A stretch of 63,997 nt of DNA, the filler included, from Dirinaria sp. TL-2023a (taxonomy: Eukaryota), in NCBI GenBank assembly GCA_051941275.1. It is 6 parts of 6 records of this genome, joined end to end, with 100 filler letters (N's around TTAATTAATTAA, not from the genome) between each part and the next. Parts side by side here need not be neighbours in the genome. Positions count along the whole stretch, not along the records: positions 42,956 to 53,552 come from JAVEBF010000920.1; positions 53,653 to 63,997 come from JAVEBF010000948.1; 4 more parts are not named here. The stretch is one strand, 5' to 3'. This document shows, piece after piece, positions 47,868 to 60,559 of the stretch (its first letter is position 1; every line of letters starts with the position of its first letter). A program made the position numbers and the translations under genes. The notes under the pieces were generated by a model, which was given only the letters and a program-made list of their open reading frames with translations, did not search any database and had not been told where the DNA came from.

Positions 47868-50076
47868 ATGGAGTCCAACTTGGCTGTCGGCGGCGCTGGT
47901 GCGAATAGTTCCAGCGATTTCGTAAGTCCACCCTTCTTCTACTGCCCATCCTCGGCATCCCGCTCACGACGGTCCAGGTACGGAAACTGTACAAGTACGG
48001 GTCCTGCAATCGCTCAGCAAATAACCCGATCTGACAACGTTACAGAATGCTCGAGGACCCGACCTATTCGCAGGTGGTTCGATGGGGGGATGAAGGGGAC
48101 AGCTTCGTCGTTCTTGAGGTTGGCCTTGGCAGCGCCCCACGCAGTTCGCAGTCCGCAGTCCTGACCTTGCACACACAGAACGAGCGATTCACCAAATCCA
48201 TCCTGCCCAAACACTTCAAGCACAGCAACTTCGCTAGCTTTGTCCGTCAATTGAACAAGTACGACTTCCACAAAGTGCGACACAATAATGAGGAAAGCGG
48301 GCAATCTCCCTATGGCTCAGGGGTTGGTTCAGTCGTTCCATCCGTCGGCACCCACCAAGACTGATTACACGCAGGCTTGGGAGTTCAAGCATCCCGAGTT
48401 CAAGGCGAACAACAAGGACTCGCTCGACAACATCCGACGAAAAGCTCCCGCGCCGCGCAAACCCACCCAAGCCGTTGACGATGCCCTCCCTACCCAGCAA
48501 ATGGACCTCGTAAATAGCCAGTTGGTCGCAACTCAGCAGCAGATGCAACAACTTCAAGAAAGATACCATGAGTTGAACGTGCATCACACGATGCTCTTGC
48601 AAGAACTCATCGGGGTACAAAAAACGGTGGTAAACCATGAGCATGTGATACAGAACGTAATGAGCTTTTTGCATTCCGTAGATGCGAGACAGCGACGAGA
48701 CAGTAAAATAGGCGTGCCTTTCACCAACTCGGAAGAGAACAACGTGCCGGCGCAGACCGCCAACCAAAGCCAACAACAGCAGCTGTCTCCGCTTGATGAC
48801 GAGCCCGCTTCTCCGTTGCAGAACGCCTCGAAATTGTTAAACGACCTTAATGCGGATGTGCAATTGAACTATAAAAACCTTGAACACATGTCGGACCTCC
48901 AGAGCCGGATGAATGGATCCATATCGACTCCACCTCCGGATTCCGTCTCCCGTAATGGTCATGGTAGACCTCCCACCTCTACTGGCTCAAGTTCGTCGAT
49001 GGCGTACGCTAAGCTACATAATGCAGATCCAGATGCCGTTGTGTATCCAGTAGGCCAAAACAATGGTATTGATCCGATGTATAGCGAGCACATTAATAAT
49101 ATACCTTATCCTATGCCCTCTAAGGATCAAGAGATACCGGATTCAAGAAGACCAGCCATGGATTCGCGGAAAAAGAGTACCCAAGTTGATCCCGGTTGGA
49201 TTAGGCCGCCTCAAATCCTGCTGGTCGAAGACGATCCCACCTGTCGGAGGATAGGAGGGAAGTTCCTGTACTCGTTCCATTGCGCAATAGATAGTGCAGT
49301 ACGTCCTCCTAAAATTCGTTCCTCAATTTCTGCTGATCAAAATAGCTCGATGGGTTAGAAGCTGTCAACAAAATGAACGCCGGGTCGAAGTATGATATGG
49401 TTTTGATGGATATAATAATGCCGAACCTAGATGGTGTCTCCGCGTGCCACCTGATACGGCAGTTCGACCAAACTCCAATTATTGCGATGACCTCCAACAT
49501 CCGCAGCGACGACATATCCATGTATTTCGCCCACGGTAGGTGCAATGCTCTGTGAGGCCAGCTCCGTATCTGACGACGTTAGGGATGAACGATGTTTTAC
49601 CGAAACCGTTTACGAAAGAAGGTCTTCTGCATATGCTTGAGAAACATCTGGGCCATCTTAAGAAGATTCCGGAGGGGATGGATCCCATGATGCCTCCTCA
49701 TTCGGCAGCGTCCATAGCGCAAGGCTCGGCGGCTCAGTCTCTCAAAGACGAGAGCTCACCAAACCAATCACCATCAACGATCTCAAACTGGCAATCACCT
49801 GGGCAATTCCAAGGCATTTCACCAACGAATCCGGCTCCTCCGAACCAATTTATGCAGCCGATGCACCAAGCTACAGCTTATGCTATGGAGCAAAGTCCTA
49901 TGCAGTATCAGCCACCAAGCACACCATTAGGTGCTCCGCGACAGACACAGCATCGGCGGCAGATCTCCGAAGTAGCAAATCCAGAGGAATTTGCGAGCGA
50001 TCCAAAAAGGCAACGGATGTACGGACAGTCAACTACTTTAGCTATGAATTCGGTGCAAAGAGGGAGGTCTGGATAG
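47868..50076 (+). CDS. SKN7: Stress response regulator Skn7/SrrA/Prr1 (HSF DNA-binding domain, coiled coil, receiver domain)
   Basis: SSDF|VRKLYK|MLED, LPKHFKHSNFASFVRQLNKYDFHKV and WEFKHPEF. Receiver domain ILLVEDDPTCRRIG...VLMDIIMPNLDG...IIAMTSN...LPKPFTK. Confidence 0.97.
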
Positions 50077-50667
50077 TCGGAAAGCGGGAAACGTTGGATT
50101 TTAACCTACTGTGATTTGAACCTTGGAGCATATTTTGCGTCTTAATAGCGGCAGCCGCATTCCTGGGAAAACGACAGATTTGGATTCGCTGTCGCACAAT
50201 TGAGTATTGAGAGATGTTATAATGACATTAGGCTACTTCACAAAGCTTGTGAATTCGCCTCTGGGACGGATGACTCGAGTCAGGGGATCGTCTCCCGCTG
50301 ATGTCTTGTGATTTGAAACGTGGGCTGGCTGGCTCTGGCTATACGAGAAGAGAGAAGAGCGCAGTCAGACACAGAAAAATGGTGGGGAGTGAAGTTGTTT
50401 TATGGTCTTGTACGTGCTTCGTGTTCTAGACTTTCGCATCTAGACTCAGCAATCTAGACTTTTTGATATCTTTGTCCAATTAGGTCAAGCCTCTCGCGTA
50501 AATCGCGTGAACAGTGAACGGGTCGAAATGTTCCGGCTACCGTATGACGCCAAGCGCGATGTCTCTTGGATACTCTATGAATCTAAGGTACTTAGGCAAT
50601 ATTATTGAAATGCAAGCCATTATTTATTTGCCCAATCACCTAGAAGGGAAAATTGCTTGACTTAACC

Positions 50668-52938
50668 ATGCCGCCCAAATCCGCGAAGAGCACAAAAGCC
50701 AAACAGAAACCAAAAGAGGATCAACGTGAAGAAAAATTGCAGGCTGTTGTCCGTGTACTTTCCATGCCCCTCTAATTGCTGGGATACTGATCTTAACAGG
50801 TGCTGGCGGATTGCTTCGAAAGTCGCTTTGCGCCCTTTACCCTTGAGCAGCCAAGAGTACGCGCGCATTGGATATGGTGCAATTTCCCAATATCTGATGC
50901 AATGTTCTAGTGCCTCCTCCCCCTTGCAAACGTACCTCTCATCGAATACACGTTGGAGTTCCTCGCCCACTCTGGCGTACAGGAGGTCTTTGTCTATTGC
51001 GGTTCACATACAGACCAAGTCGAAGGATACATCGAGCATGTACACGCCTGTGCCTGAACTGCGGTTGACTTGGCTAAAAATGTTCCTATCAACAGCGCAT
51101 CAAAATGGAGACTCCCGTCTTCACCATTCGAAAACCTTGCCATCATCAGGTCGACCGCCACATCTGTCGGCGATGCAATGCGCGACCTCGACAGCCGAGA
51201 CATCATCAAAGCGGACTTCATCCTCGTGTTTGGAGACCTAGTGTCGAATGCCTCTCTTCAACCGGCGTTAGCAAAGCACCGAGCCAGGAGGGAGAAAGAC
51301 AAAAATGCAATAATGACTATGCTTCTGAGAGGAGTCGGCCCAGGGCATCGAGTCAGAAGTAGGGGGCGGCAGCCAATATTCGTTGTAGACCCGGAACATG
51401 ACCGATGTTTGCACTACGAGGAATTAGGCTCCAGAAGTGGGAATGGCCACTCTATTCATACTGATTTGGACGTTCTAAAGAATCGTGACGCTATCGATAT
51501 TAGGGCAGATCTTGTAGACTGCAACATAGACATATGTACCCCAGACGTACTTAGCCTATGGAGCGACAACTTCGACTTTACAACTCTCCGGCGCAGCTTC
51601 CTGTATGGGGTGCTGAAGGACTTTGAATTGAACGGAAAGACAATCCACACCCACATCATTGAAAATCAGTATGCTGCAAGAGTCAAGAATCTAAGAATGT
51701 ACGACACAGTTAGTAGAGATGTCGTCGGTCGCTGGACCTACCCTCTCTGCCCCGACGGTAATTTTGTCGAAGGGCAAGATTACCAGTACGTGGGTGGCAA
51801 TGTATTTAGAGAAGACGAGGTTTCATTGTCAAGGAGTAGCCACGTGAAGAGAAAAGTAGTTCTCGGTCGAGAAACGAGCTTAGGCGAGCACAGTACAATC
51901 GCCGACAGTACTATCGGACGGAGATGCCAAATTGGTAGCAACGTCAACATATCTGGGTCATACGTTTGGAATGACGTGATAGTGGGCAACGGAACCAAGA
52001 TTCAGCAGGCGATCATCGCAGACAAGGTGGTGCTTGGGAGTAATTGCATCATTGAGCCGGGCGCATTAGTCTCTTCCAATGTGTGGATTGCGGATGGCAC
52101 GAAGATATCTAGGGGCAGCAAAATCACGCAAACCTGGTCTGGAAGTAAAGACAGCGAAGCCCAGACAGACTCGAGTGTAGTAGGCGAAGGAGGAAGCAGT
52201 GCTCGGTACAAGTCCAGTTCTGATGAGGAATCTGATATCTCCAGTATCATCGGGGACCGAACCTCCCAAATGTCCTTTTCTGAATCATCCGTATCCGAAT
52301 TTTCCAACTCGGACCCGGAGCTCGAGCCACTAGCCGACACGTCTCGCCGTAGCAGTCTCGTTTCCGAAGTGTCAGCTGAGTCGGGAACCAACCGAGATTT
52401 CGTGTCAGAAGAGACTGCTAATGTCCTGGATGGACTGCAGCAGGAAGAGCTAGCGGAAAATATTTTCTTGGAGCTCAATGCCCGGCGCATGGGTGTGAAC
52501 GCATCTCAGCACGAGGTGCGGCAAGTAGTGGTAACAGCCTTCATGAAGAGAATCTCCAACCTTGCACTTGGCCATGACAAGCCTCAAAGGAGTGTCAGTG
52601 AGGCAGTGCACGATGTTTTTAACAAGTACCACGAGATGGTTCGAAGAGTCATCTCCGATAAGGAGAAGGCGGAGAAGACTGATCAAGTCGACTTCCTGCT
52701 TCTCGTGCAGAAAGAAGCTATTGGGAGGGCGAATGGCAGCAGCTTGCTGCTGTTCATTGCCAAAGAGGTCTATGACCTTGAGCTCATTGAGGAAGACGGT
52801 ATCTTGCAATGGTGGGAAGATGATAGGGGCAAAGGTGAGGAGATGGCGAAAGTAAGGACGCTCACGGAGCAATTCATCACATACTTGAATGAGGCGGAGG
52901 AGGAAGAGAGCAGCGAAGACAGTGGAGATGGAGAATAA
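50668..52938 (+). CDS. GCD6: Translation initiation factor eIF2B epsilon subunit
   Basis: [66 protein letters not shown], hexapeptide (LbH) repeats and a C-terminal W2 domain (IEEDGILQWW...AEEEES). Confidence 0.97.
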
Positions 52939-53056
52939 GTAGTGCCATGCCAAAAAAAAAAAAAAAAATACTAATATACACCCCATCGATGCCTTGTTCA
53001 AAGAGACTGCATTTGCATCACTGCAAGCGCTCAAACTCCGCCACGCTAAGTAATGC

Positions 53057-53552
53057 TCACGAACGCGCTCTCCTTGCCTTAGCCTTAGCCCTGGGTGCCT
53101 TCCTCCCACCTGATTTCGTGATGCTAGCCCGAACACTGACCCTTTTTTTGCTGAGCTTTGAATTCGGCTGCGGTCGCCGAGGGCGCCTCAGCTTTCTCGA
53201 ACGTGCCCGCCTCTCCAACCTTGCCTTGCGCTGCTTCACCTGCATCTCCGTGACCTCCTCTAGACTCAGCGCCTTCGGCCTGTTCTTGTGAGGTACGCCC
53301 CACGGTTTCACTATCTCGGTGATGTGTCTGATCTTCCCGTGGGAGTGCCAGCCTTTGGCGATTCGCACGACGTCGCCTCGCCGGGCAGAGCGTCTCGGAT
53401 CGGAGACCGTGCGGGTTTCATATTTACGGAAATGCTGGCGCGCGCGCGGACGTGTAAGCATACTGTACATATTTACATAATTCGACACAAGCGATTTCGT
53501 GGTGAGGTGGTGGTTTGTAGCTGTAGAAAAACAATTCTACACATTTCATTCC
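53057..53552 (-). CDS. Mitochondrial ribosomal protein uS17m, partial (5' part missing)
   Basis: QHFRKYETRTVSDPRRSARRGDVVRIAKGWHSHGKIRHITEIVKPWG matches the S17 pattern H.P......GDVV.I. Basic C-terminal tail. Confidence 0.7.
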
Positions 53553-53652
53553 NNNNNNNNNNNNNNNNNNNNNNNNNNNNNNNNNNNNNNNNNNNNTTAA
53601 TTAATTAANNNNNNNNNNNNNNNNNNNNNNNNNNNNNNNNNNNNNNNNNNNN
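53553..53652. other. Artificial contig linker
   Basis: N44-TTAATTAATTAA-N44. Confidence 0.99.
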
Positions 53653-55165
53653 GACCGACTCCGTATGCATCAGACCATTCGTTTCTGAAGTGTTCTCCGG
53701 AAAGATTTCCATTCCGGTACTTCTTTGCCGTAGTTAGCTACCGATGGCACCAATCAGGTCGCGGTTTTCTGAAGAGTTAGTTTCGTCAGTCGAGATGAAC
53801 CGACTTATTTCGAACGGCTTCGGCCGTACTAAAGCAACATTGTAACAGAGTATCACATGTCTTGACACATAAGCTTTGGCTCCGATGTCACTCATGCATT
53901 AGGCAGAGAGCGCCGGTACTTGTGGCTCAAATGACGCGTCTAAAGGTACCTAGGTCTCTCTGTACCTAGGTCTCTCGGAGTCTAGGAAGCAGTTAGACTT
54001 TTTACTGCCGCGCGAATATGCATCAAGCGCCAATGCACCGGTCGATCCTACCTTCCGAAAGCTTTGCTAATTGGACGATGAGCCTCCTCGATCTGAGCAA
54101 CTTCTGGCAATTTCTGGTGATCTCTCGACACACAACAACCCGATGTCGCTCTCTCTCTCCTCTGTGGGAATGTTGTTGATTGGGCTTGTTCTTACATCCG
54201 TTCTCGAAGCACGCTGACTGGGACTGCAGACGAAAGGCATCGTCCTTTTTTGTGTGTGCGCTACAGCCACGGAACCTGATGTGTACTGTACTGTACTCTG
54301 CGCGTGCGGACTAGTACGTGTTTTGGTAGGTTGAGAGACACAATAATCTAGATCAGCTCCATCAAAGTAATAATAGAGTGGACGTGGGACTGCTGGATGA
54401 GAAGTGAGTCCTTTGCAACTAACCGGACATAGGACAGTATTTACATCCAATCTTCGAGCCTGTGTGACGCCTCGAGACATTTTCCTCCACTAATATACTA
54501 GTGTTGTCGCGTTCTTGAGCTGAGCTAAAGCTTGTTTCTTCTTGTTTCATCGCAGAATTTCTCTACCCAACAAGTTCGGGCTATTACTATTCACCCTCTA
54601 GCACGGACCACATTGCATTTGAGGTTGAGCGCTACCACTGTCTCGGCAAATTGGATAAATTGTTTGCCATAATCAAATGCCGTCTAATATTCAACGAGCG
54701 TGCTATATACATACGGCTCATATACAATGATGACCACCATTAAAGAGGTGTGCAAAGGTTGGGTATACCCAAGGTTCTCGTTGCATTCTCGTTCGAAAGC
54801 AGACGCCGCCGCGATGCATTTTATGTTTCCCACACTACCCAATAGTCAAAGTTCTGAAACTAAACCCCTTTCATCCACCGGAGCACTCCGAATAATACTC
54901 TCGAATCCTCGTGGAGATATGAATGTGCTAAGCTCGCAGTGATACACGGGGCGACCGATGAAAGCCGCGCCAAGCAAAGGCGACTGAGGTATCAAATTCA
55001 CTCCATTGTCAGCTCCTACTCTTAAGGCGTCCCTAATCACTCTAGCACTGCAATTTTTGAGCGGACGGGATCCCGAATAGGCAAGAAAGCCAGGCCTGGT
55101 TGATTTGATAGACATCCCAATATCGTCCCGAGAATTCGATCGATCCGGCAGAGCAGGCAGCTCAC

Positions 55166-55882
55166 CTACGACTCTATCAAGAGATCTTCCTGCTTGGCAT
55201 CTGCTGAGCCGGTCTGGCGCCTTCGTACCTTCCTCTGACCAGTCTGGATGGTCTGTGTCCCTTGCCGCCCAAGTCTCCTCTGGTTGGCATCGTCACTGAT
55301 CGCTGTTGCCTGGCTAGGCGTGAAGTCAGAAGGCACGGTGAAGTTGAAGTGAACGGTTTGAGATTTAACGGTGACTGGCTTGAGACCGTATTGCAGGTAG
55401 TAGGAGGCCAGTTGGGTATTGTATGGAATACCGGTGACGTCAAGGCCGTAAAAGCTAGCTGGGAGGCTGGCGATGAAGCACATGGACTGTGCTCCTGGTT
55501 GCGTCGGTAGCATCAATTGCCCTTCGTTACGCCCTCCCAATAAATACTGGCTTATGTTCAAATTGCGAGTGTATGTTCCACCCGGAGAGATATCCTGGAA
55601 AACGTCGTCACTCAATGGCGGAGCAGCGTAACGAGAACCATTTAGAGTCACTTTCTGTCCGGATAGCGTCGTTACTCCAATTGGTGCGTACGCAAATTCG
55701 TTCTGCCGGTCGAAGATGTTATTCGTCCCAGGAAACGTGTAGTTGTTATTAGAATTGTTTATGATGATTGCCTGGACTGTCTCGACGCCATCGAAAGCCA
55801 GAGAGGCCGTCAACTGGGCGGCACCGGACCCAGCAAAGATGAGAACCACTGCAGAAACTTTTGCGATCAAGGACGAAGTCAT
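55166..55882 (-). CDS. Secreted protein resembling the deuterolysin (M35) prodomain, with no catalytic domain
   Basis: Signal peptide, then LTASLAFDGVETVQAIIINNSNNNYTF...NIFD...V....GQKVTLNG.R...LSDDVFQDISPGGTYTRNLNISQY. No HExxH in or after the ORF. Confidence 0.6.
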   Translation of the reverse strand: MTSSLIAKVSAVVLIFAGSGAAQLTASLAFDGVETVQAIIINNSNNNYTFPGTNNIFDRQNEFAYAPIGVTTLSGQKVTLNGSRYAAPPLSDDVFQDISPGGTYTRNLNISQYLLGGRNEGQLMLPTQPGAQSMCFIASLPASFYGLDVTGIPYNTQLASYYLQYGLKPVTVKSQTVHFNFTVPSDFTPSQATAISDDANQRRLGRQGTQTIQTGQRKVRRRQTGSADAKQEDLLIES

Positions 55883-58239
55883 GGTGGATGTTCAAATTGG
55901 GATACGAAATGGATGATCTTTCCGGAGTGAGTGAAGCAGTCTAAGCAATATATACATTGTGCGAGAGGATGATGCCCACACAAAAGGACGTCCTGGATCC
56001 ACAGCGGGGCGAATGGCCTGTTTGCGGGTGGCTGTTACTCTGAGGTTGAAATATGCGACAAGATGCGACCTCGCTAGTGCCCTTCCTTTCCAACAAGCTG
56101 AACGTTGAGTCGTTGACTGCTCTAGCAAGGACCGATCAGAAAGGATTTTATAGGCGCTCAAGCGCAACATCATCCAATAATGGACCGAGGATGAAGCGAC
56201 GCTCAAGCCTCAACCCATGCCCACTCGACCCGCTCAAATGTCCGTAAAAGCCCCAAACCAAACGTTGCGCCGATCTGTGGAGAGCAGAGAGTCAAATCAT
56301 CTGTCCGAAAAAGCCCCTTCCAGCCATTGACGCTCACAGAGTGGAGCAACCAGAAGCCCCCCTTCGCGAAACTTCACGTGTCAAGTTCGCAAACGCTGAT
56401 TGCGAACGCTCACTCAATCCAGGCTTGCTTTTTCCAGAGATTATCGCAGTACCTTATCAACCAATCGCGGCATCTGCATTGCATTTGACCTGCGTACTCC
56501 GAATCTTTCTAAAAGTCAACTCCCGTGGAGGCTACATCGATGCGCGGTCGTCAGTGGGTTTTCTGTGAATGGAGCCGTTTCTGAAACGCTTTGACGTGTT
56601 GTGAGAGGCCTGTTCAGCAGTACGTACCCAAAAATTTTCGGTGTTACGGCAATTCTTTCTTCCTGTGGAGAGGCTTACTGCAAAACCATACAGCTAGCTC
56701 TGACATGGGAATGTGAGAGTACCGCTAGGCATGGCACTTGCAGAATCTCCTAGGGAAAAGTAAGAGATCACTGATCGTGATGCGAGCCTGTACAGCGGAT
56801 AGTGGCAAAAAAAACAAGCCCTTCGCCTGAGCGATAAGCTTGTTCGAGCATTGGATCTAAGCATGCTGAAACTTAGCGGCCATCCGGCTTCCAACGGTAT
56901 CCTGATGAGCATCACGGACCCTAAACGCCTCGGTAAATTTGACTGCTGCTCCATTGAAATGCGATGTTTCTTCGCCTCGCAACTGAGTCGTGAAAAGTGT
57001 CTGACGCCATGACGCGTTGGCCATGCAACGCTTGGAACGCAATGACTCTTTCATCAGAGAGAAGTCTACCTTACCTCACCATACAGAGCAGCTATGTCAA
57101 GAAATCCGCGTTTGCTAGGCACTTAGAGCACTCAAGCTCTACATAGAGTCGGCATATGCGTCCATGAACGAAGCTCTTCGCACACAGGCAGCATACACGA
57201 AGTCGCTGTCACGTTGTCATTGCGCTCTCAAGATCGTCGATTGGAGGTTTTTGTTCCATCTCGATGCGGAGCATTGGCTTCTTCCAAACCGCAACTTGAT
57301 TCCAAACTCGTCCAATTTTCTGGCAGTATATGCAGTAGGCGGCTGAGTCGAATGTCTGCCATTGCGCATAGCCTGCTTGCCATATCGCCCAGATACACAG
57401 CGGCAAATTCTAACACAGCGTAAAGAGAAAATGCTCTTCTCAGCTTTACAGTCTTCAGATTCAAATTTATGGCTTCTTGCCAAAACGGCGTAGACAACAA
57501 ATTAGGTGATATAACACAAAGAGGACAAGTGCTGGAACTTCAAAGATGCGAGTCTCTAGAATACCTATTACAATTGGATATGACCGCAATGGGTTGATTA
57601 ATAGAGGCAAGCCGACAAGTCATCGAGCTATCGCTTGGCGTAGCCTTCACAGCCTTCCATATTAAGATTATACTCATCTCACGATACGAAATGTCCACCA
57701 AACATCCTTGCTCTATTCTCAACCAACAAGTCGCAGCCTTGGTGATTGCTCGAAGCCACAGCAACCATGAACACAATGCCTCCCTACAACATGGAAGGTC
57801 ATGGGCGTCTATTGAGACTTGCAGCTTCCCCGCTGAATATTACGAATGATATTAGATGATGTGGTTTTCCATGACGCCTCCCTCTCCCACACAGATGGGG
57901 CGGGGAATTGATTCGTGATCAGTAGTAGTGCAGTTGCTCAAGTGGCCCAAAGGGCCAAAAGTAAGGTGTTAGGTAGGGCTGAAGGCTGTTGTATTTGATT
58001 GGTGAGCAACGGCCCGACTGTTTCCCGGTTGGAGCGCGTGGGATTGAGGGATGAAACCCCTGACGCATTATCGAACATCGTGAATCCTGAGGCTCTGATA
58101 CCCGCACATCTGTCTCTCTCCAGAACATCCCCAGCTTGGAGGACGCGGAAACATCCCACTGAATATCTAGCAGTGGGAAATTGGATTCCTCACTTCCGCT
58201 AGCAGGCCGTCGTCGCTCTCAGCGATCAGCCGCTCAAAC

Positions 58240-58977
58240 ATGGCTACCATGCTACGCTGGTACGTGGAATATACGCCTTCCATGAATGGAGTGGAATAGC
58301 TCAAAAGCGCAGCCGCTGACCGCATGTCGTCTGTCAGGTATCAGATGAAGCTTGCGCAGCGACCTATCCTGACCCAGTCCATCACCACCGCGGTAAACAT
58401 TCGCCGCAATTTCGCTATTATTGCTGTCGTTTCGCTCCGAGGCTGATATCGGCTACCCAGGTACTCTTCGCGACTGGAGATGTCATGTGCCAGCAAGGTG
58501 TCGAGCGGGTCGGGACCGAGAACCACAGCTTAGCACGGACGGGCCGGATGGCTCTCTACGGTGGAGGTCTTTCTACATACACCGTTCCTTCCGGGTCGAG
58601 CACAAGCCGCTAAGCACGTATGAACAGCTGTTTTCGGTCCCGGCGCAACTGTGTGGTACAAACTGCTGCAGAAGAACATCAACCTCAAAACCACCAACAC
58701 GACCATCGCCGCTCGGGTGCTGGTCGATCAAACAGTCTTCGCTTCGACGAATCTGTTTCTGTTCCTGAGTAGTATGGCTTACTTGGAAGGAAGTGATCCA
58801 AAGGACAAACTCAAGAGCACATACTCGACGGCGTTGACGAAGAACTGGATGGTCTGGCCAGCCGTGCAAGCGATCAACTTTAAGCTGGTCCCGTTGGAGC
58901 ACCGGGTCTTGGTTGTTAATATTGTGTCGTTGGGGTGGAATTGCTACCTGAGCTATATCAACAGCAAGAAGGATTGA
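58240..58977 (+). CDS. SYM1: Mpv17/PMP22 family mitochondrial inner-membrane protein Sym1
   Basis: [54 protein letters not shown] and [37 protein letters not shown]. Confidence 0.95.
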
Positions 58978-59611
58978 GGCGAATGGTATGGCATGGATGG
59001 CATGCGATGCGCGGAGCGATGGCTCTTTACGGGTACACTGTCGATAGATAAAGATTTGCGGCGATTATCAAATGTGTACAATTCTCTAAATAGGGTGGCT
59101 TCTTAGCATATCTCTCAACTTACCGCAGACAGAGATTCTTTGAAGCTTTAGCCATTATGTTTAATGTACACCTATCGTACTCACAAGTAAAAATTGTATC
59201 TATTTTCTTCTGGCTCTGGTGAAGCTGCCAGCCTACCCGCCTCTGATTGGCCGAAACATTAGCACCCGCAATAGTGAACCACCATGACGCGAGCCTCAAA
59301 CACACCAACAACGACAACTACGCAGGATCGATCCAACGTCATCCATCCTCCGGACCTTACACGACTGCAGTAATTGCGAATCTGCCTGGAGCAGACTTCA
59401 CCACCTTCCACGTACCTCGAAACACTTTGACCTGCGATTGCCTCATCGGTCGCCAGCCGACGAACTTCACACTTCCTCACTTCTCACTTCACCGATTGCC
59501 CCCCTCCCAAGAACATAAAAAGTCACATTACATCAATCAATAAAGTCTCGTTCCTACTGTAACTTTGATCTATCCTTTCCTTCTCAAGCTCTCCTCTTCA
59601 TACCTACAACG

Positions 59612-60559
59612 ATGGCAACACTCGGAACAGCTGCCGCATCGACCACTGCAAACTCGCAAGTCCCTCTCGATACAATCCCCATCTCACCAGCACCTAATGG
59701 AGGGGTCGCCGATGGACCAAACGGAGAGCAGGCAGGGGGTAACATCGACCAACATGGAGTTGCTCGACTCTCCGAGGATGAGCCCATCACCGTATTTCAT
59801 GATAAAGACAATTTCAACGTCAAACACCCCTTGATGAACGAGTGGACGCTCTGGTTCACAAAACCACCAAGTGGCAAGGTACCATACATAGATATACTGA
59901 GGTGACGGTAGACCTTTGCGTTGACTATGGGACAAGGGCGATAATTGGAACGACCTGCTCAAAGAAGTTGTCACTTTTGACTCAGTGGAGGAGTTCTGGG
60001 GTGTCTTCGTATGACCGCTCTCCTTCTTTGGACCTTCGCTCAAGTTATCTGTGGCTTATGAGATACCTTATAGAACAATATCACGCCCGTCTCCGAACTC
60101 CAACTCAAATCCGACTACCACCTTTTCAAAAAGGGCGTTCGCCCCGAATGGGAGGACCCGCAGAACAAACATGGCGGCAAATGGTCCTACAGCTTCAAAG
60201 GAAAATCCGCCCCGATTGACAACCTCTGGCTCCAAGTCACGCTAGCTGCCATCGGCGAGACCCTCGAGAACGATGAGGACGGCGAGGTCATGGGCGTAGT
60301 AGTCAACGTGCGGCGCGGCTTCTACCGTATCGGGCTGTGGACCAAGACAGTGGGGAAGAGTGTGCCTGGTGGTGGGGAGGGAGATGTCGCGGGCGGCAAA
60401 GGGCGTAGTCCCGACAAGAGCAAGCGGATCCTGGAGGAGATTGGGCGGAAGCTGAAAGAAGTGCTTCTGCTGAAGGACAGCGAGAGCGTGGAGTTCACGG
60501 GGCACACAGAAGCCGCGAACGCGGGGAGCACTCGTGCCAAACCGAAGTATACGGTCTGA
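59612..60559 (+). CDS. CDC33: Cap-binding translation initiation factor eIF4E
   Basis: KHPLMNEWTLWF, FDSVEEFWG, SDYHLFKKGVRPEWEDPQNKHGGKW, AAIGETLE and GVVVNVRRGFYRIGLWT. Confidence 0.96.

Noticed and set aside
56000..58200. Long intergenic region searched for RNA genes or hidden exons
   Set aside because: No tRNA cloverleaf, rRNA similarity, repeats or convincing coding frame seen by eye.
59284..59373. Short ORF upstream of eIF4E as a regulatory uORF
   Set aside because: No TSS information; it may lie outside the transcript.
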